Part shown: positions 18,243 through 28,366 of the stretch, in pieces
Layout: every line of letters begins with the position of its first letter
How positions within the stretch are numbered: position 1 is the first letter of the stretch
Source of the DNA: Vibrio mytili
GTDB taxonomy: Bacteria; Pseudomonadota; Gammaproteobacteria; Enterobacterales; Vibrionaceae
Assembly: GCF_000830505.1 (NCBI RefSeq)
Contig: NZ_JXOK01000010.1
Coordinates: 83,794 to 123,793, forward strand
Length of the DNA: 40,000 nt
Direction: 5' to 3'
Translations under genes and position numbers: made by a program
The notes under the pieces: model-generated
Told to the model about the DNA's origin: nothing
What the model saw: only the letters and a program-made list of their open reading frames with translations
Database searches by the model: none

Positions 18243-19988
18243 ATGATGATAATGAATACACAAAACGATGCCTTGGTTAAAACAGGCAAACACTATCTGG
18301 CGGGGTTGGTGCAAAAGTTCCCGAATGCCATCCTTGAGGAAGAGTGGCAGACCAACACCCAAGTGACCATTACAGTGAAAATGACCTCGTTGGTCGAAGT
18401 GATGCAATGGCTTTACTACGATCAAGGCGGCTGGTTGACCGTGTCGTTTGGTAACGACGAACGAAGTATTAATGGACACTTCGCAGTGTACCACGCGCTG
18501 TCGATGGAAGGCGTTGAGAAATGCTGGATTACTGTCAAAGTGCTGGTGGATGCCAACAGCCAAGAGTTTATTTCGATCACGCCAACCATTCCCGCAGCGG
18601 TATGGGGCGAACGTGAAATTCGCGATATGTATGGTCTTCGCCCGGTAGGCTTGCCTGATGAACGTCGTTTGATCCTCCCCGATGACTGGCCAGAAAATTT
18701 GCACCCACTGCGCAAAGATGCGATGGATTACCGTCAGCGTCCACAACCAACGACAGACACTGAAACTTATCCGTTCATCAATGAGCGCGGAGACGATTCA
18801 AACCGCATCGTACCAGTTGGCCCAATGCACATTACTTCTGATGAGCCTGGACACTTCCGTCTTTTCGTGGATGGTGAAGATATCGTGGATGCCGATTACC
18901 GCATGTTCTACGTTCACCGTGGTATGGAAAAACTGGCGGAAACGCGCATGGGTTATCACGAAGTGGGCTTCTTGGCAGACCGAGTGTGCGGCATTTGTGG
19001 TTTCACCCACAGCGTCGGGTACGCCAATACCGTTGAGAACTCACTGAATGTACAAGTGCCACTACGCGCGAAAATGATTCGTACCATTTTGCTGGAAGTG
19101 GAACGTCTGCACAGTCACCTATTGAACATTGGTTTGTCGAGCCACTTTGTGGGCTTTGACTCGGGCTTCATGCAATTTTTCCGAGTGCGCGAAAAAACCA
19201 TGGAGCTGGCTGAGCTATTGACTGGTGCACGTAAAACTTACGGCATGAACCTAATCGGTGGCGTGCGTCGTGACTTTTTGAAAACGCAACGCGAAAAAGG
19301 CATCGCGATGGTACGTGAAGTACGCCATTCATTCCAAGAGTTGGTGGAAGTGCTGTTATCGACACCGAACATTGATAGCCGTTTGGTAGGCGTGGGCGTG
19401 TTGGCAAAAGACATTGCGCGCGATTTCAGCCCAGTTGGTCCGCTGATCCGCGGTAGCGGTTTTGAGCGTGATGTACGGGTTGTGCATGGTCAATCGCTAG
19501 AAGCGTACGCGAATGTGCCAATCGAACTGCAACACATGGGTAACGGCGACGTCCAATCCCGTGTGATCGTGCGTATTCGAGAAGTGTTAGATTCTCTTAA
19601 CATCATTGAATATGGCTTGGATAGCCTGCCAGCTGGCGCAATCCTGACGGAAGATTTCGAATACACACCGAACAAATTTGCGCTGGGCTTTACCGAAGCG
19701 CCACGTGGCGAAAATGTTCATTGGAGTATGACTGGCGATAACCAAAAACTATTTCGCTGGCGCTGCCGCGCGGCCACTTACGCCAACTGGCCAACGCTGC
19801 GTTACATGTTGCGTGGTAATACCGTAGCCGATGCACCGCTGATCATTGGTAGTTTGGACCCTTGTTACTCTTGTACTGACCGTGTGACCATCGTGGATAC
19901 CAAGAAAAAACGCAGCCAAACTGTACCCTACAAAGCCATCGAACAATACAGCGTGAGCCGCAAAAATTCGCCGCTGAAAGGACTGTGA
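18243..19988 (+). CDS. hycE: [NiFe] hydrogenase-3 large subunit HycE (NuoC-NuoD fusion)
   Basis: Near-collinear with E. coli HycE. It has the N-terminal Ni ligand motif [11 protein letters not shown] and the C-terminal DPCYSCTDR, followed by a tail of about 34 residues (the HycI cleavage substrate). Confidence 0.95.
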   Translation: MMIMNTQNDALVKTGKHYLAGLVQKFPNAILEEEWQTNTQVTITVKMTSLVEVMQWLYYDQGGWLTVSFGNDERSINGHFAVYHALSMEGVEKCWITVKVLVDANSQEFISITPTIPAAVWGEREIRDMYGLRPVGLPDERRLILPDDWPENLHPLRKDAMDYRQRPQPTTDTETYPFINERGDDSNRIVPVGPMHITSDEPGHFRLFVDGEDIVDADYRMFYVHRGMEKLAETRMGYHEVGFLADRVCGICGFTHSVGYANTVENSLNVQVPLRAKMIRTILLEVERLHSHLLNIGLSSHFVGFDSGFMQFFRVREKTMELAELLTGARKTYGMNLIGGVRRDFLKTQREKGIAMVREVRHSFQELVEVLLSTPNIDSRLVGVGVLAKDIARDFSPVGPLIRGSGFERDVRVVHGQSLEAYANVPIELQHMGNGDVQSRVIVRIREVLDSLNIIEYGLDSLPAGAILTEDFEYTPNKFALGFTEAPRGENVHWSMTGDNQKLFRWRCRAATYANWPTLRYMLRGNTVADAPLIIGSLDPCYSCTDRVTIVDTKKKRSQTVPYKAIEQYSVSRKNSPLKGL

Positions 19989-19995
19989 GGCTGTC

Positions 19996-20573
19996 ATGAT
20001 TAAACTACTCAAAACCATTCTCAAAACCGGTGACGTTACGGCGAAATATCCCTTTGCGCCATTTGAAGTTGCCGAGGATTTTCGCGGTAAACCGGAGCTG
20101 AATGCGAGCCAATGTATCTCGTGCGGCGCGTGTACGCGCGCCTGTCCGGCAAATGCTTGATCATGGAAAACGATGAGCAGAACAGCACCCGCTGTTGGGA
20201 GTTGTCGCTGGCGCGATGCATTTACTGCGGCCGCTGTGAAGAGGTGTGTCCAACCCACGCGATCGAACTCTCCAAAGCGTTCGAATTGGCCGTGACCAAA
20301 AAAGAAGATTTGTACGAAAGGGCAGAATTCGAGTTGGCCAATTGCACGTGCTGCAGTCGTCCGTTTGTGGCGAAGAAACTGCTCAACTACGTAGTGGATT
20401 CACTGGAACAAGCAGGCTTGCGCGGTGAAGCGTTAGCAATGCGTCGCCGTCAATTAGAAACCTGTCCGGCGTGCCGCCGAGAAGACAACATGTTGGACGG
20501 CACCAATCTGGCGACACACCGCTACATGACCAGTCCTAATGATTTAATCCTGATGACCCCGGAGGATATGTGA
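19996..20573 (+). pseudogene. hycF: formate hydrogenlyase 4Fe-4S subunit HycF, frame interrupted (or assembly indel)
   Basis: ATG 19996 opens a 54-codon frame, [54 protein letters not shown], that is not in the track and stops at TGA 20158-20160. HycF homology continues in the adjacent frame ([20 protein letters not shown]..) to 20573. The span length is 2 mod 3. Confidence 0.85.
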
Positions 20574-21388
20574 AAGGTATCAAGCAACTCTCTGGTGAAA
20601 AACACACCACCGCCGTGCCAGCCGAAGTTTCTCCGCAGCATGAGAAACTGAAACAAACGCTGATCAACCAAATTAAACGTTCTGCTTACGTTTACCGCGT
20701 GGACTGCGGCGGTTGCAACGCTTGCGAAATCGAAATCTTCGCCGCGACCACACCGGTATACGATACTGAACGCTTTGGTATCAAAGTAGTGGCGTCGCCA
20801 CGTCATGCCGACATTCTGCTGTTTACTGGTGCTGTGACGCGTGCCATGCGCGCTCCTGCGCTACGTGCGTATGAAGCGGCGCCGGATCCAAAAATCGTGG
20901 TCTCTTACGGCGCTTGCGGTTGTGACGGCGGTATTTTCCACGACCTGTACTGCGTGTGGGGCGGGACAGACAAAATCGTACCTGTCGATGTTTATATTCC
21001 CGGTTGTCCTCCAACGCCTGCGGCGACGCTTTACGGGTTTGCGGTCGCACTTGGTCTTCTTGAGCAAAAAATGCATGCCAAACAACATGATGTGCAATCC
21101 ACTCCTGCCACATTGCGTCATACTGGCATACCGATGGATATTCGTGTGTTAGTGGAACGTGAAACGCGTCTGTTGGCTGGTTACCGTCAAGGTAAACGCA
21201 TCGCCAACGAACTGCTGGATGTACTGGCAAACAGTACGAGCGACAATGTCGACAGCAATGTTAGCCATTACTTGGGTGAACATGACGACCCACGCCTGAG
21301 CGACATTGTCAATAGCGTGATGCGTTCGGTGATGCTGCAGATCACCGGAAACGATCAACCGAAAGGGGTTTGCCATGGCTGTCAGTGA
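20570..21388 (+). CDS. hycG: hydrogenase-3 small subunit HycG (NuoB-like)
   Basis: [35 protein letters not shown] and VYIPGCPP are almost identical to E. coli HycG. GTG start overlaps the hycF stop, with GGAGGA upstream. Confidence 0.9.
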   Translation: MKGIKQLSGEKHTTAVPAEVSPQHEKLKQTLINQIKRSAYVYRVDCGGCNACEIEIFAATTPVYDTERFGIKVVASPRHADILLFTGAVTRAMRAPALRAYEAAPDPKIVVSYGACGCDGGIFHDLYCVWGGTDKIVPVDVYIPGCPPTPAATLYGFAVALGLLEQKMHAKQHDVQSTPATLRHTGIPMDIRVLVERETRLLAGYRQGKRIANELLDVLANSTSDNVDSNVSHYLGEHDDPRLSDIVNSVMRSVMLQITGNDQPKGVCHGCQ

Positions 21389-21809
21389 ATCACGTCATGT
21401 GGATAGTCAGGTCTACTTCTACCGTCTGAGCCGTAAATTTGTCGACAACAAATACGATGTACCAGAGGAAGCGAAGCAGATCATGTATTACAGCCTGACC
21501 ATTGGCCATCATCTCGGCATTGTCGATTGCCTGAAATCTGAAATGCAGTGTTCAGGTCAAGAGTATCTTACTTGGATCTCCGGCCTTGATGAAAGCAGCG
21601 AAGCGTACCGCAAGTTGAAAGGTTTTCTGATGTTTGGCGAGATCACTGTGTTCCCCGAGCACATACACATGCTGGCGATTGCGCTTGACCGCATCGATAG
21701 TGCTACGCAATCAGAAAAAAGCCAACAATTGACGCAAGGCATGATCGCCATTTTGAACGCGATCTATAACGAGCCTACCATGTACTTAATGATTCGGGGT
21801 GGAGCATGA
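21375..21809 (+). CDS. hycH: formate hydrogenlyase maturation protein HycH
   Basis: LSRKFVDN...[16 protein letters not shown] is collinear with E. coli HycH. It overlaps hycG by 14 nt. Confidence 0.85.
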   Translation: MAVSESRHVDSQVYFYRLSRKFVDNKYDVPEEAKQIMYYSLTIGHHLGIVDCLKSEMQCSGQEYLTWISGLDESSEAYRKLKGFLMFGEITVFPEHIHMLAIALDRIDSATQSEKSQQLTQGMIAILNAIYNEPTMYLMIRGGA

Positions 21810-22260
21810 GCCAAAATCTACTATTAACCGTTGGCAACAACATGATGGGGGATGACGGCGCAGGCCCGTTGTTGGCGCAACTGTGTCGTGAGAACCGGTG
21901 GGATGGAGCGTAATAGAAGGCGGCACCATGCCAGAAGATAGCTTGCATTTGATTCGCAAAATTCAACCACAACGCGTATTAGTTGTGGATGCCGCCGATT
22001 TTGGAGAGAAGGCGGGTGAAGTGCGCATCATTGAGTCCGATACCATCGCTGATATGTTCATGGTATCAACGCACAGCTTACCGCTCAATTTCCTGATTGA
22101 TGAGCTGAAAACGTTCGTCCCAGAAGTCAAGTTTGTCGGCATTCAGCCTGCAATAGTGGCGTTCTCCTTTCCGATGACCGAGATGGTTACCGATGCCGTG
22201 ACTGAGTTGCATCGTCGTCTTCCTGAATGGGAAGGAGACGGAGGCTACGAGAGCTGCTAA
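21806..22260 (+). pseudogene. hycI: hydrogenase-3 maturation endopeptidase HycI, frame interrupted (or assembly indel)
   Basis: ATG 21806 (ATGA overlap with hycH) gives [30 protein letters not shown] and then a stop at 21911. The adjacent frame (open from 21892) continues PVGWSVIEGGTMPED..VVDAADFG..STHSLPLNFLIDEL, matching E. coli HycI. The span length is 2 mod 3. Confidence 0.85.
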
Positions 22261-22275
22261 CCGGTGATTTTTCTG

Positions 22276-22316
22276 AGTGTCGACACTTGTGACGGAAGCC
22301 GTCGACACAAGTGTCG
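22276..22316 (+). promoter_or_regulatory. putative FhlA-type enhancer (UAS) upstream of hydN-fdhF
   Basis: A perfect 11-bp inverted repeat, CGACACTTGTG (22281-22291) and CACAAGTGTCG (22305-22315), with a 13-nt spacer. TGTCGACA cores are present, and the 11-mer is the same as at 14568-14578. Confidence 0.5.
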
Positions 22317-22387
22317 GCGTTGTTGAGCTATAAGTTTAATCACCGCAATTATTCAATATCTTTCTTACTGGGTTTGGATTTTTAGTA

Positions 22388-22407
22388 ATTTAAAAACAAC
22401 AAGTTAA
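22388..22407 (+). promoter_or_regulatory. IHF-like bending site (inverted copy of 14654-14673)
   Basis: ATTTAAAAACAACAAGTTAA contains AAACAAcaagTTA, an 8/9 match to WATCAANNNNTTR. It lies 27 nt upstream of the -24 element. Confidence 0.4.
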
Positions 22408-22433
22408 ATTATTTTTGTTGTTATTTTTCATAT

Positions 22434-22449
22434 TGGCACATCTTGTGCT
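22434..22449 (+). promoter_or_regulatory. sigma-54 (-24/-12) promoter of hydN-fdhF
   Basis: TGGCACATCTTGTGCT has GG and GC at the canonical spacing. It lies 52 nt upstream of the hydN ATG. Confidence 0.75.
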
Positions 22450-22500
22450 TATAAGGAGTCGAGTGGTTGACTCGGTTCTATCGACACAGAAGGATATCCC

Positions 22501-23046
22501 ATGAATCGATTTGTCTTTGCGGACGCTAATAAATGTATTGGTTGTCGCACGTGTGAAGTGGCTTGTGCGATTTCACATCAAGATGAAGATATCGGGACAC
22601 TGCAAGATCGTGAGAGTTTTCTACCTCGATTCGAGGTTATTAAAAATGCTCATGTCACCACGCCGGTGATGTGTCGTCAATGTGACGATGCGCCTTGTGC
22701 TCAAGTGTGTCCTAACAACGCGATTGTCCACGAGGACGGTTACATTAAAGTAATTCAATCACGATGTATTGGTTGTAAAACCTGTGCCATTGCCTGTCCT
22801 TACGGAGCAATGAATGTTGTTACAACCATGGTTGAAGACACATCACGTAGTGCTTTGTTCGCACGAAAAGTCCCTAAATCACAAGCGATTAAATGTGATT
22901 TATGTTCTCACCGCGCCAATGGCCCCGCGTGTGTGGAAGTTTGCCCGACAGGTGCGATTTCTCTGATTGAACCAGAGGAAATTCATCAAACCAGTCAAAG
23001 CAAACGTGAAGCGGCTGCCAGTCGTATCGCGATTGTTACTGTCTGA
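22501..23046 (+). CDS. hydN: electron-transfer 4Fe-4S ferredoxin HydN
   Basis: MNRFVFADANKCIGCRTCEVAC... is collinear with E. coli HydN and has four Cys clusters. GAAGGA SD. Confidence 0.85.
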   Translation: MNRFVFADANKCIGCRTCEVACAISHQDEDIGTLQDRESFLPRFEVIKNAHVTTPVMCRQCDDAPCAQVCPNNAIVHEDGYIKVIQSRCIGCKTCAIACPYGAMNVVTTMVEDTSRSALFARKVPKSQAIKCDLCSHRANGPACVEVCPTGAISLIEPEEIHQTSQSKREAAASRIAIVTV

Positions 23047-23073
23047 TTTCTTGAAATAGTTAAGAAGGTAACT

Positions 23074-25218
23074 ATGAAAAAATCCATTGTGGTTTGTCCG
23101 TACTGCGGTACGGGGTGCAAACTAAAGCTACTTGTTGAGAATAACAAAGTAGTGGGTGCAGAACCGGCCGATGGCCGGACTAATGAAGGTCAACTGTGCC
23201 TGAAAGGTTATTACGGTTGGGATTTCCTAAACGATACTAATTTGCTGACTCCTCGTCTTAAAAAACCCATGATCCGTCGTACTAAAGACGCGAAATTGGA
23301 GGCGGTCTCTTGGGATGAAGCACTAGATTTCGCCGCTGAAAAGCTAATGGAAATTAAAAGTAAATATGGCCCAGATGCCATCATGACAACGGGTTCGGCT
23401 CGAGGACCAGGTAACGAAGCTAACTTTGTTATGCAAAAGTTGGCGCGTGCGGTCATTGGGACCAATAACGTCGATCACTGCGCTAGGGTGTGACACGCGC
23501 CATCAGTCTCCGGTCTGGAGTCAACAGTAGGTAATGGAGCTATGAGCAATGCCATTCCCGAAATTCAAGAAACAAAATGTTTGCTCATTTTCGGTTACAA
23601 CGCAGCGGATTCTCACCCAGTTGTAGCAAGACATATTATCAAAGCACGTGCGAATGGTGCCAAAGTCATCGTTTGTGATCCGCGTAAGATCGAATCTGCG
23701 CGTATTGCGGATCAGTGGTTACCACTGAAGAACGGTTCGAACATGGCGCTGGTGAACGCACTGGCTTACACCATTATCGAAGAAAACCTGTACGACAAGG
23801 CATTTGTTAAACAGTACACAGAAGGGTTCGACGCGTTTTACGACATCGTTAAAAATTATGCGCCAGAAACCGTGGAAACGATTACTGGTCTCGACGCAGC
23901 ATCGATTCGTTTAGCGGCTCGTACTTATGCTACAGCGCCAGAGTCCATGATTCTTTGGGGCATGGGTGTGACCCAATACGGCCAAGCGGTAGACGTTGTT
24001 CGCGGTTTGGCAGGTCTAGCAACCTTAACCGGCAACTGGGGACGTCGTGGAGTGGGTTGTGGTCCGGTACGTGGTCAGAACAACGTACAAGGTACCTGTG
24101 ACTTAGGTATGTTGCCTCACCAATATCCAGGCTATCAGGATGTGACCGATGATGCGATACGTGCAAAATTTGAAAAAGCGTGGGGCGTATCACTGTCATC
24201 AAAGCCAGGTTATCGCCTGACTGAAGTGGGACACAAAGTAGAAGATGGCGAATGCAAAGCCTTCTACATCTTCGGTGAAGATCCTGCGCAGACAGAAGCG
24301 GATCTGAACGCAATGCGTAACACGCTACGTAATATGGAACTGGTGATTGCACAAGACATCTTCATGACCAAAACGGTTGAAATGGCCGATGTGGTCTTCC
24401 CAGCCACCAGTTGGGGCGAACATGAAGGTGTGTACTCAAGCGCTGACCGTGGTTTCCAGCGCTTCTACAAAGCGGTAACCCCGCCAGAAGGCGTGAAACC
24501 TGACTGGGAAATCTTCAGTCTGTTGGCGACTCGCATGGGTTACCCAATGCACTACAATAATACCCAAGAAATTTGGGATGAGTTGCGTTCATTAGCACCG
24601 CTTTACGCCGGGGCAACTTACGAGAAAATGGAGGATCTAAAGTCGGTACAATGGCCTTGTCCAACCGAAGATCACCCAGGTACACCGTTCTTGTTTGAAG
24701 GCAATAAATTCTCTACGCCATCAGGTAAAGCGAAGTTTATTGCAGCAGAGTGGCGCGCGCCGCTAGAACAACCGGATGAAGAGTACCCATTGGTACTATC
24801 AACCGTGCGTGAAGTTGGCCACTACTCTTGTCGTTCAATGACAGGTAACTGTTCTGCATTGTCAGCGTTGGCTGATGAACCAGGATACGTTCAGATGAAC
24901 CCGCAAGATGCAGAGAAATTAGGCATAAAAGATCAACAACTTGTTTGGATTTCATCGCGCCGAGGCAAAGTCATTTCTCGTGCAAGTTGTAGTGAGCGTA
25001 CCAATAAAGGTGTGGTGTACATGACCTACCAATGGTGGATAGGTGCCTGTAACGAGCTGACTATTGAACACGTGGATCCGATCTCAAGCACGCCGGAGTT
25101 TAAATATTGCGCCGTGAAAGTTGAAAAGATTGACGATCAAGCTTGGGCTGAAAATTATGTACAAACTGAATATAGCAACATGAAAGCGCGATTAAAGTCG
25201 CAAGTTGAGTTTGCTTAA
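23074..25218 (+). CDS. fdhF: formate dehydrogenase H, selenocysteine-containing (UGA at 23491-23493 read as Sec)
   Basis: Track ORFs 23074-23493 and 23542-25218 are in the same frame. Read-through gives [31 protein letters not shown], collinear with E. coli FdhF around Sec140 (CARVUHGPSVAGL). The total is 714 aa against 715 in E. coli. Confidence 0.9.
23494..23535 (+). promoter_or_regulatory. bacterial SECIS element of fdhF
   Basis: Hairpin CUCC-GGUCU-GGAG at 23508-23520. The GGUCUG apex starts exactly 18 nt after the UGA, as in E. coli fdhF (GCA GGU CUG). U residues flank the stem (23507, 23521). Confidence 0.7.
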
Positions 25219-25230
25219 TTAGGTAATCAA

Positions 25231-25275
25231 TAGCCCTTCGTCCGAGTTTATAATGATGACAAATACGAAGGGCTA
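25231..25275 (+). terminator. inverted repeat after fdhF (possible terminator)
   Basis: TAGCCCTTCGT (25231-25241) pairs with ACGAAGGGCTA (25265-25275), an 11-bp perfect stem. The loop is 23 nt and only a weak T-tract follows. Confidence 0.3.
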
Positions 25276-25293
25276 TAATTTATTGTTACTATT

Positions 25294-27350
25294 ATGAATA
25301 AAACAGCGAAAGAATTAACCGCATTTTCCAAGGCTATGCTGCTAATTCATGGTATATCTGATCTGCTCACTTTTCTTCACGGAAAAGAGTGCGAATTTTT
25401 ACATGTAGAGAGAATAAATATCATTCTAAATGATGAACGACTAGGTGAAGCAATCGTTTATTTTCTTGATGCAAATCAGCAAATTCAAAGTGATGTGATA
25501 TACCATCATAATATTGATAACTATCATCAAAGTTACGAAGAGCACGTTTATCGACTTGACGGCGTCGATTTTTACTATTCACACCCTAAACTGGCTCAGC
25601 ATCCGGCTTACCAGAATGTGCGCAGTTATTACAAGATTCCACTGGATACCTTAGATAAACAACTGGGTGCTATTGAGCTGATTAACCCGAAATTTGATCA
25701 ATTAGATGGGGGGGAAAATCAATTTAAACTATTTAATAGTATGTTGGTTTCTTTTATTACGCATGTATTGGATCATCAACATGCAAATACATTAACGCGA
25801 CATATTAGTGATGAGAGAGATAATTACCATATTCTGGTGGATGTCACCAATGCCGTTATTAGTCAGAACAGTAAAGAAAATCTATTAACATCATTACTCA
25901 GCTGTTTACATCCTTATTTTAAAATCAAAGAGTTGTCTATTATCGATATGGACAATGGTCGCTGTATTCAGCGTGATGGACGAATTGTTGGAAATGATAT
26001 TCAAACACAGTGTTTTTTCTTTAATGATATTTCTGGAAGCGTACTCGATATTTATTATCCAGAGACCAAAATTGTCACTGGCCATGATCTAGAACAATTA
26101 CGCGCGGAACATACAGATTTCAATATTGAAGATGATATTGAATGTTTAATTCTAGTCCCATTAATTTTCCGTCGGGATTGGTGGGAAGGATCGCTTATAT
26201 GTTGCGCGATGTAGTGCAGTTGCAAGAGATTGATATTGCGCTGCTGCAACAGATTGCTGCACGTGTAGCGCTCAGCATGCACAGTTTACGCGAAAGTCAG
26301 CACAGTGCGCAGATGCTACCAAAGAGCACCGACATCCTCATTGATGATACGTACGAGCATTACCAGATTTTTGACGACATCATAAGCCAAAGTGAAGTGA
26401 TGAGTCACGTGTTGGATCAGGTCGCCATGGTTGCGAGCTGTGACAGCACCGTGTTAATCGAAGGGGAGACCGGCACAGGTAAAGAGCTGATTGCTCAAGC
26501 GATTCACAAGATGAGCCGTCGCTGCAATCGTCAAATGATCAAAATGAACTGTGCGGCGATTCCGGATGGTTTGTTTGAAAGTGAACTGTTTGGGCACGAA
26601 CGAGGAGCGTTTACGGGTGCGATAAAAAATCGAGTGGGTCGCTTTGAATTAGCAGACCAAAGCACGCTGTTTTTGGATGAAATTGGCGATTTGTCGCTGG
26701 AGCTGCAACCTAAGCTACTGCGGGTTTTGCAAGAGCATGAAATAGAGCGGGTGGGTCACAATCAGTTGATTCATGTAGACGTGCGTCTGGTAGTGGCCAC
26801 CAACGTCGATTTGGTCGCGCGGGTGGAAGATAAGCAATTTCGTAGCGACCTGTATTACCGCATGAATATTTTCCCAATTCGGTTGCCGCCTCTACGTGAA
26901 CGAGCGGAAGACATTCCGTTATTGGTAAAACATTTTGCGCGCCTGATTTCGAAAAAAATGGGTAAAGACATCCGCGCGATCAGCCAAGAGTCGATGCGCT
27001 GCATGACTGAATATCAATGGCCGGGCAACGTACGTCAGTTGAAAAACTTTATCGAACGCTCAGTGATTTTAACCCGTGGTGAAGTGCTGAATGTCCCTGT
27101 GCATGAACTGGTGGGTATGGGACAACCCTTGCCGGGCCAAGTGTCGACGCTTGAATCCAGCGCGGCATCGATTAACAAGAACGATGAAACGATCTCTCGC
27201 GAAGCGATCATTCAAGCGTTGAAAGAGAGTAATGGCATTGTGGCTGGGCCAAGAGGCGCGGCAGTGAAACTTGGGCTGAAACGGACAACGCTGTTGTCAC
27301 GTATGCAAAAAATGGAGATTAGCAGTAAGGATTATCTTGCTGCATGCTAA
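25294..27350 (+). pseudogene. fhlA: sigma-54-dependent formate hydrogenlyase activator FhlA, frame interrupted (or assembly indel)
   Basis: The N-terminal ORF (25294-26214) matches the FhlA GAF region (ERDNYHILVDVTNAVIS, compare E. coli ERDNFRILVAITNAVLS). The C-terminal ORF (26142-27350, adjacent frame) has GETGTGKE, GAFTGA, LFLDEIG and the HTH GLKRTTLLSRMQKM. The join fits at the GGG run 26174-26176. The span length is 2 mod 3. Confidence 0.85.
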
Positions 27351-27404
27351 GCCGCGTTTATTGCGGTTGGCTCAATCGACAGACAACAAATAAAGGTATT
27401 AACG

Positions 27405-28250
27405 GTGTACGAAGAACAACATATGGTCTGTCATTCCGAAGTGACAACAAGAAGTATCGTCAAATATCAGCGGGCTCGCGGGCAGTGGAGCCAAGATGAT
27501 ATTTTGATTGAAGAGACGCCGATTGCGCTCGAATACAACGGCATCGCCTATACCGTCATGATGGGCACTCCACGAGATTTAGAAGCGTTCGCGCTGGGGT
27601 TCTCGCTCAGTGAAGGCATCATCGCCCATCCTCGCGATGTTCACGACATTGAGGTCACACACAACGAGCAAGGCTGCACAGTGTCGATTGAATTAGCCAA
27701 TCGCTGCGTTGCACGTTTGAAAGAGCGCCGCCGCTCAATGGCTGGCGTCACTGGATGTGGGATTTGCGGCACGGAACAACTCAATCAGATCACGCGTTGC
27801 CTGGTGCCTTTACCTACCACCGCGCAATTTTGCTTTGACTATTTAGATCATTCGCTAGAGTCGCTAAATCGGTACCAACGTTTGAACCAACTCACTGGTA
27901 CCACGCATGCTGCTTCTTATCTTGATGAACATGGTGAAGTTCAAGCGTTGTTTGAAGATGTCGGTCGCCACATTGCGCTGGATAAACTGCTTGGATGGGC
28001 GAGCCGCCAGCAAGTGAAGGGCGGAGCGGTGTTGGTGACCAGTCGCGCTAGCTTTGAAATGGTGCAAAAAGTGGCGGCGTGCGGTTTTGAAATTTTGCTT
28101 GCGCTATCGGGCCCCACTTCAATGGCGGTCGAGTTGGCGGACCGTCTTAATGTGACCTTATGCGGCTATTGCCGCGAAGGTCGCCTCAATGTTTACGCGC
28201 ACGCTGAGCGCGTACGTTATCAGGGTACTGCCCAACGTGATGTTAGTTAA
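27405..28250 (+). CDS. fdhD: formate dehydrogenase sulfurtransferase / accessory protein FdhD
   Basis: Collinear with E. coli FdhD: YNGIAYTVMMGTPRDLEAFALGFSLSEGII, the GCGICG Cys loop and VGRHIALDKLLG. The start is either GTG 27405 or ATG 27420. Confidence 0.85.
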   Translation: MYEEQHMVCHSEVTTRSIVKYQRARGQWSQDDILIEETPIALEYNGIAYTVMMGTPRDLEAFALGFSLSEGIIAHPRDVHDIEVTHNEQGCTVSIELANRCVARLKERRRSMAGVTGCGICGTEQLNQITRCLVPLPTTAQFCFDYLDHSLESLNRYQRLNQLTGTTHAASYLDEHGEVQALFEDVGRHIALDKLLGWASRQQVKGGAVLVTSRASFEMVQKVAACGFEILLALSGPTSMAVELADRLNVTLCGYCREGRLNVYAHAERVRYQGTAQRDVS

Positions 28251-28366
28251 CCATGTTGAGTTATTTAGTCGTAAGGCTTATGGCTGCTGGGTTCCCAGCA
28301 TATCGAGAGTTATGAGTCTTCTTTTTAGTTTTTATTTTCTCGTTCATTTTTTAAGAGCTTTTCGTT

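Noticed and set aside
20149-20165. Programmed ribosomal frameshifting as an explanation for the hycF, hycI, fhlA, hupE, hypF and selB breaks.
   Set aside because: None of these sites has an X-XXY-YYZ slippery heptamer, an upstream SD-like stimulator or an obvious downstream structure. Six independent recoding sites in one pathway is also implausible. Only the selD A8 run is slippage-prone.
23491-23493. An in-frame TGA splits fdhF into two track ORFs, so it could be called a pseudogene.
   Set aside because: Both ORFs are in the same frame. The flanking residues match E. coli FdhF around Sec140, and a GGUC-loop hairpin follows at the canonical distance. This is a selenocysteine codon.
27138-27148. 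CAAGTGTCGAC inside the fhlA coding region is identical to 11 nt of the hyc enhancer motif. It could be an internal FhlA site for fdhD / hupE-hyp.
   Set aside because: It is a single half-site with no partner repeat, and I found no -24/-12 element downstream before fdhD or hupE. By rough estimate the chance of an 11-mer match in 80 kb of two-strand sequence is about 2%, so it is only worth a glance.
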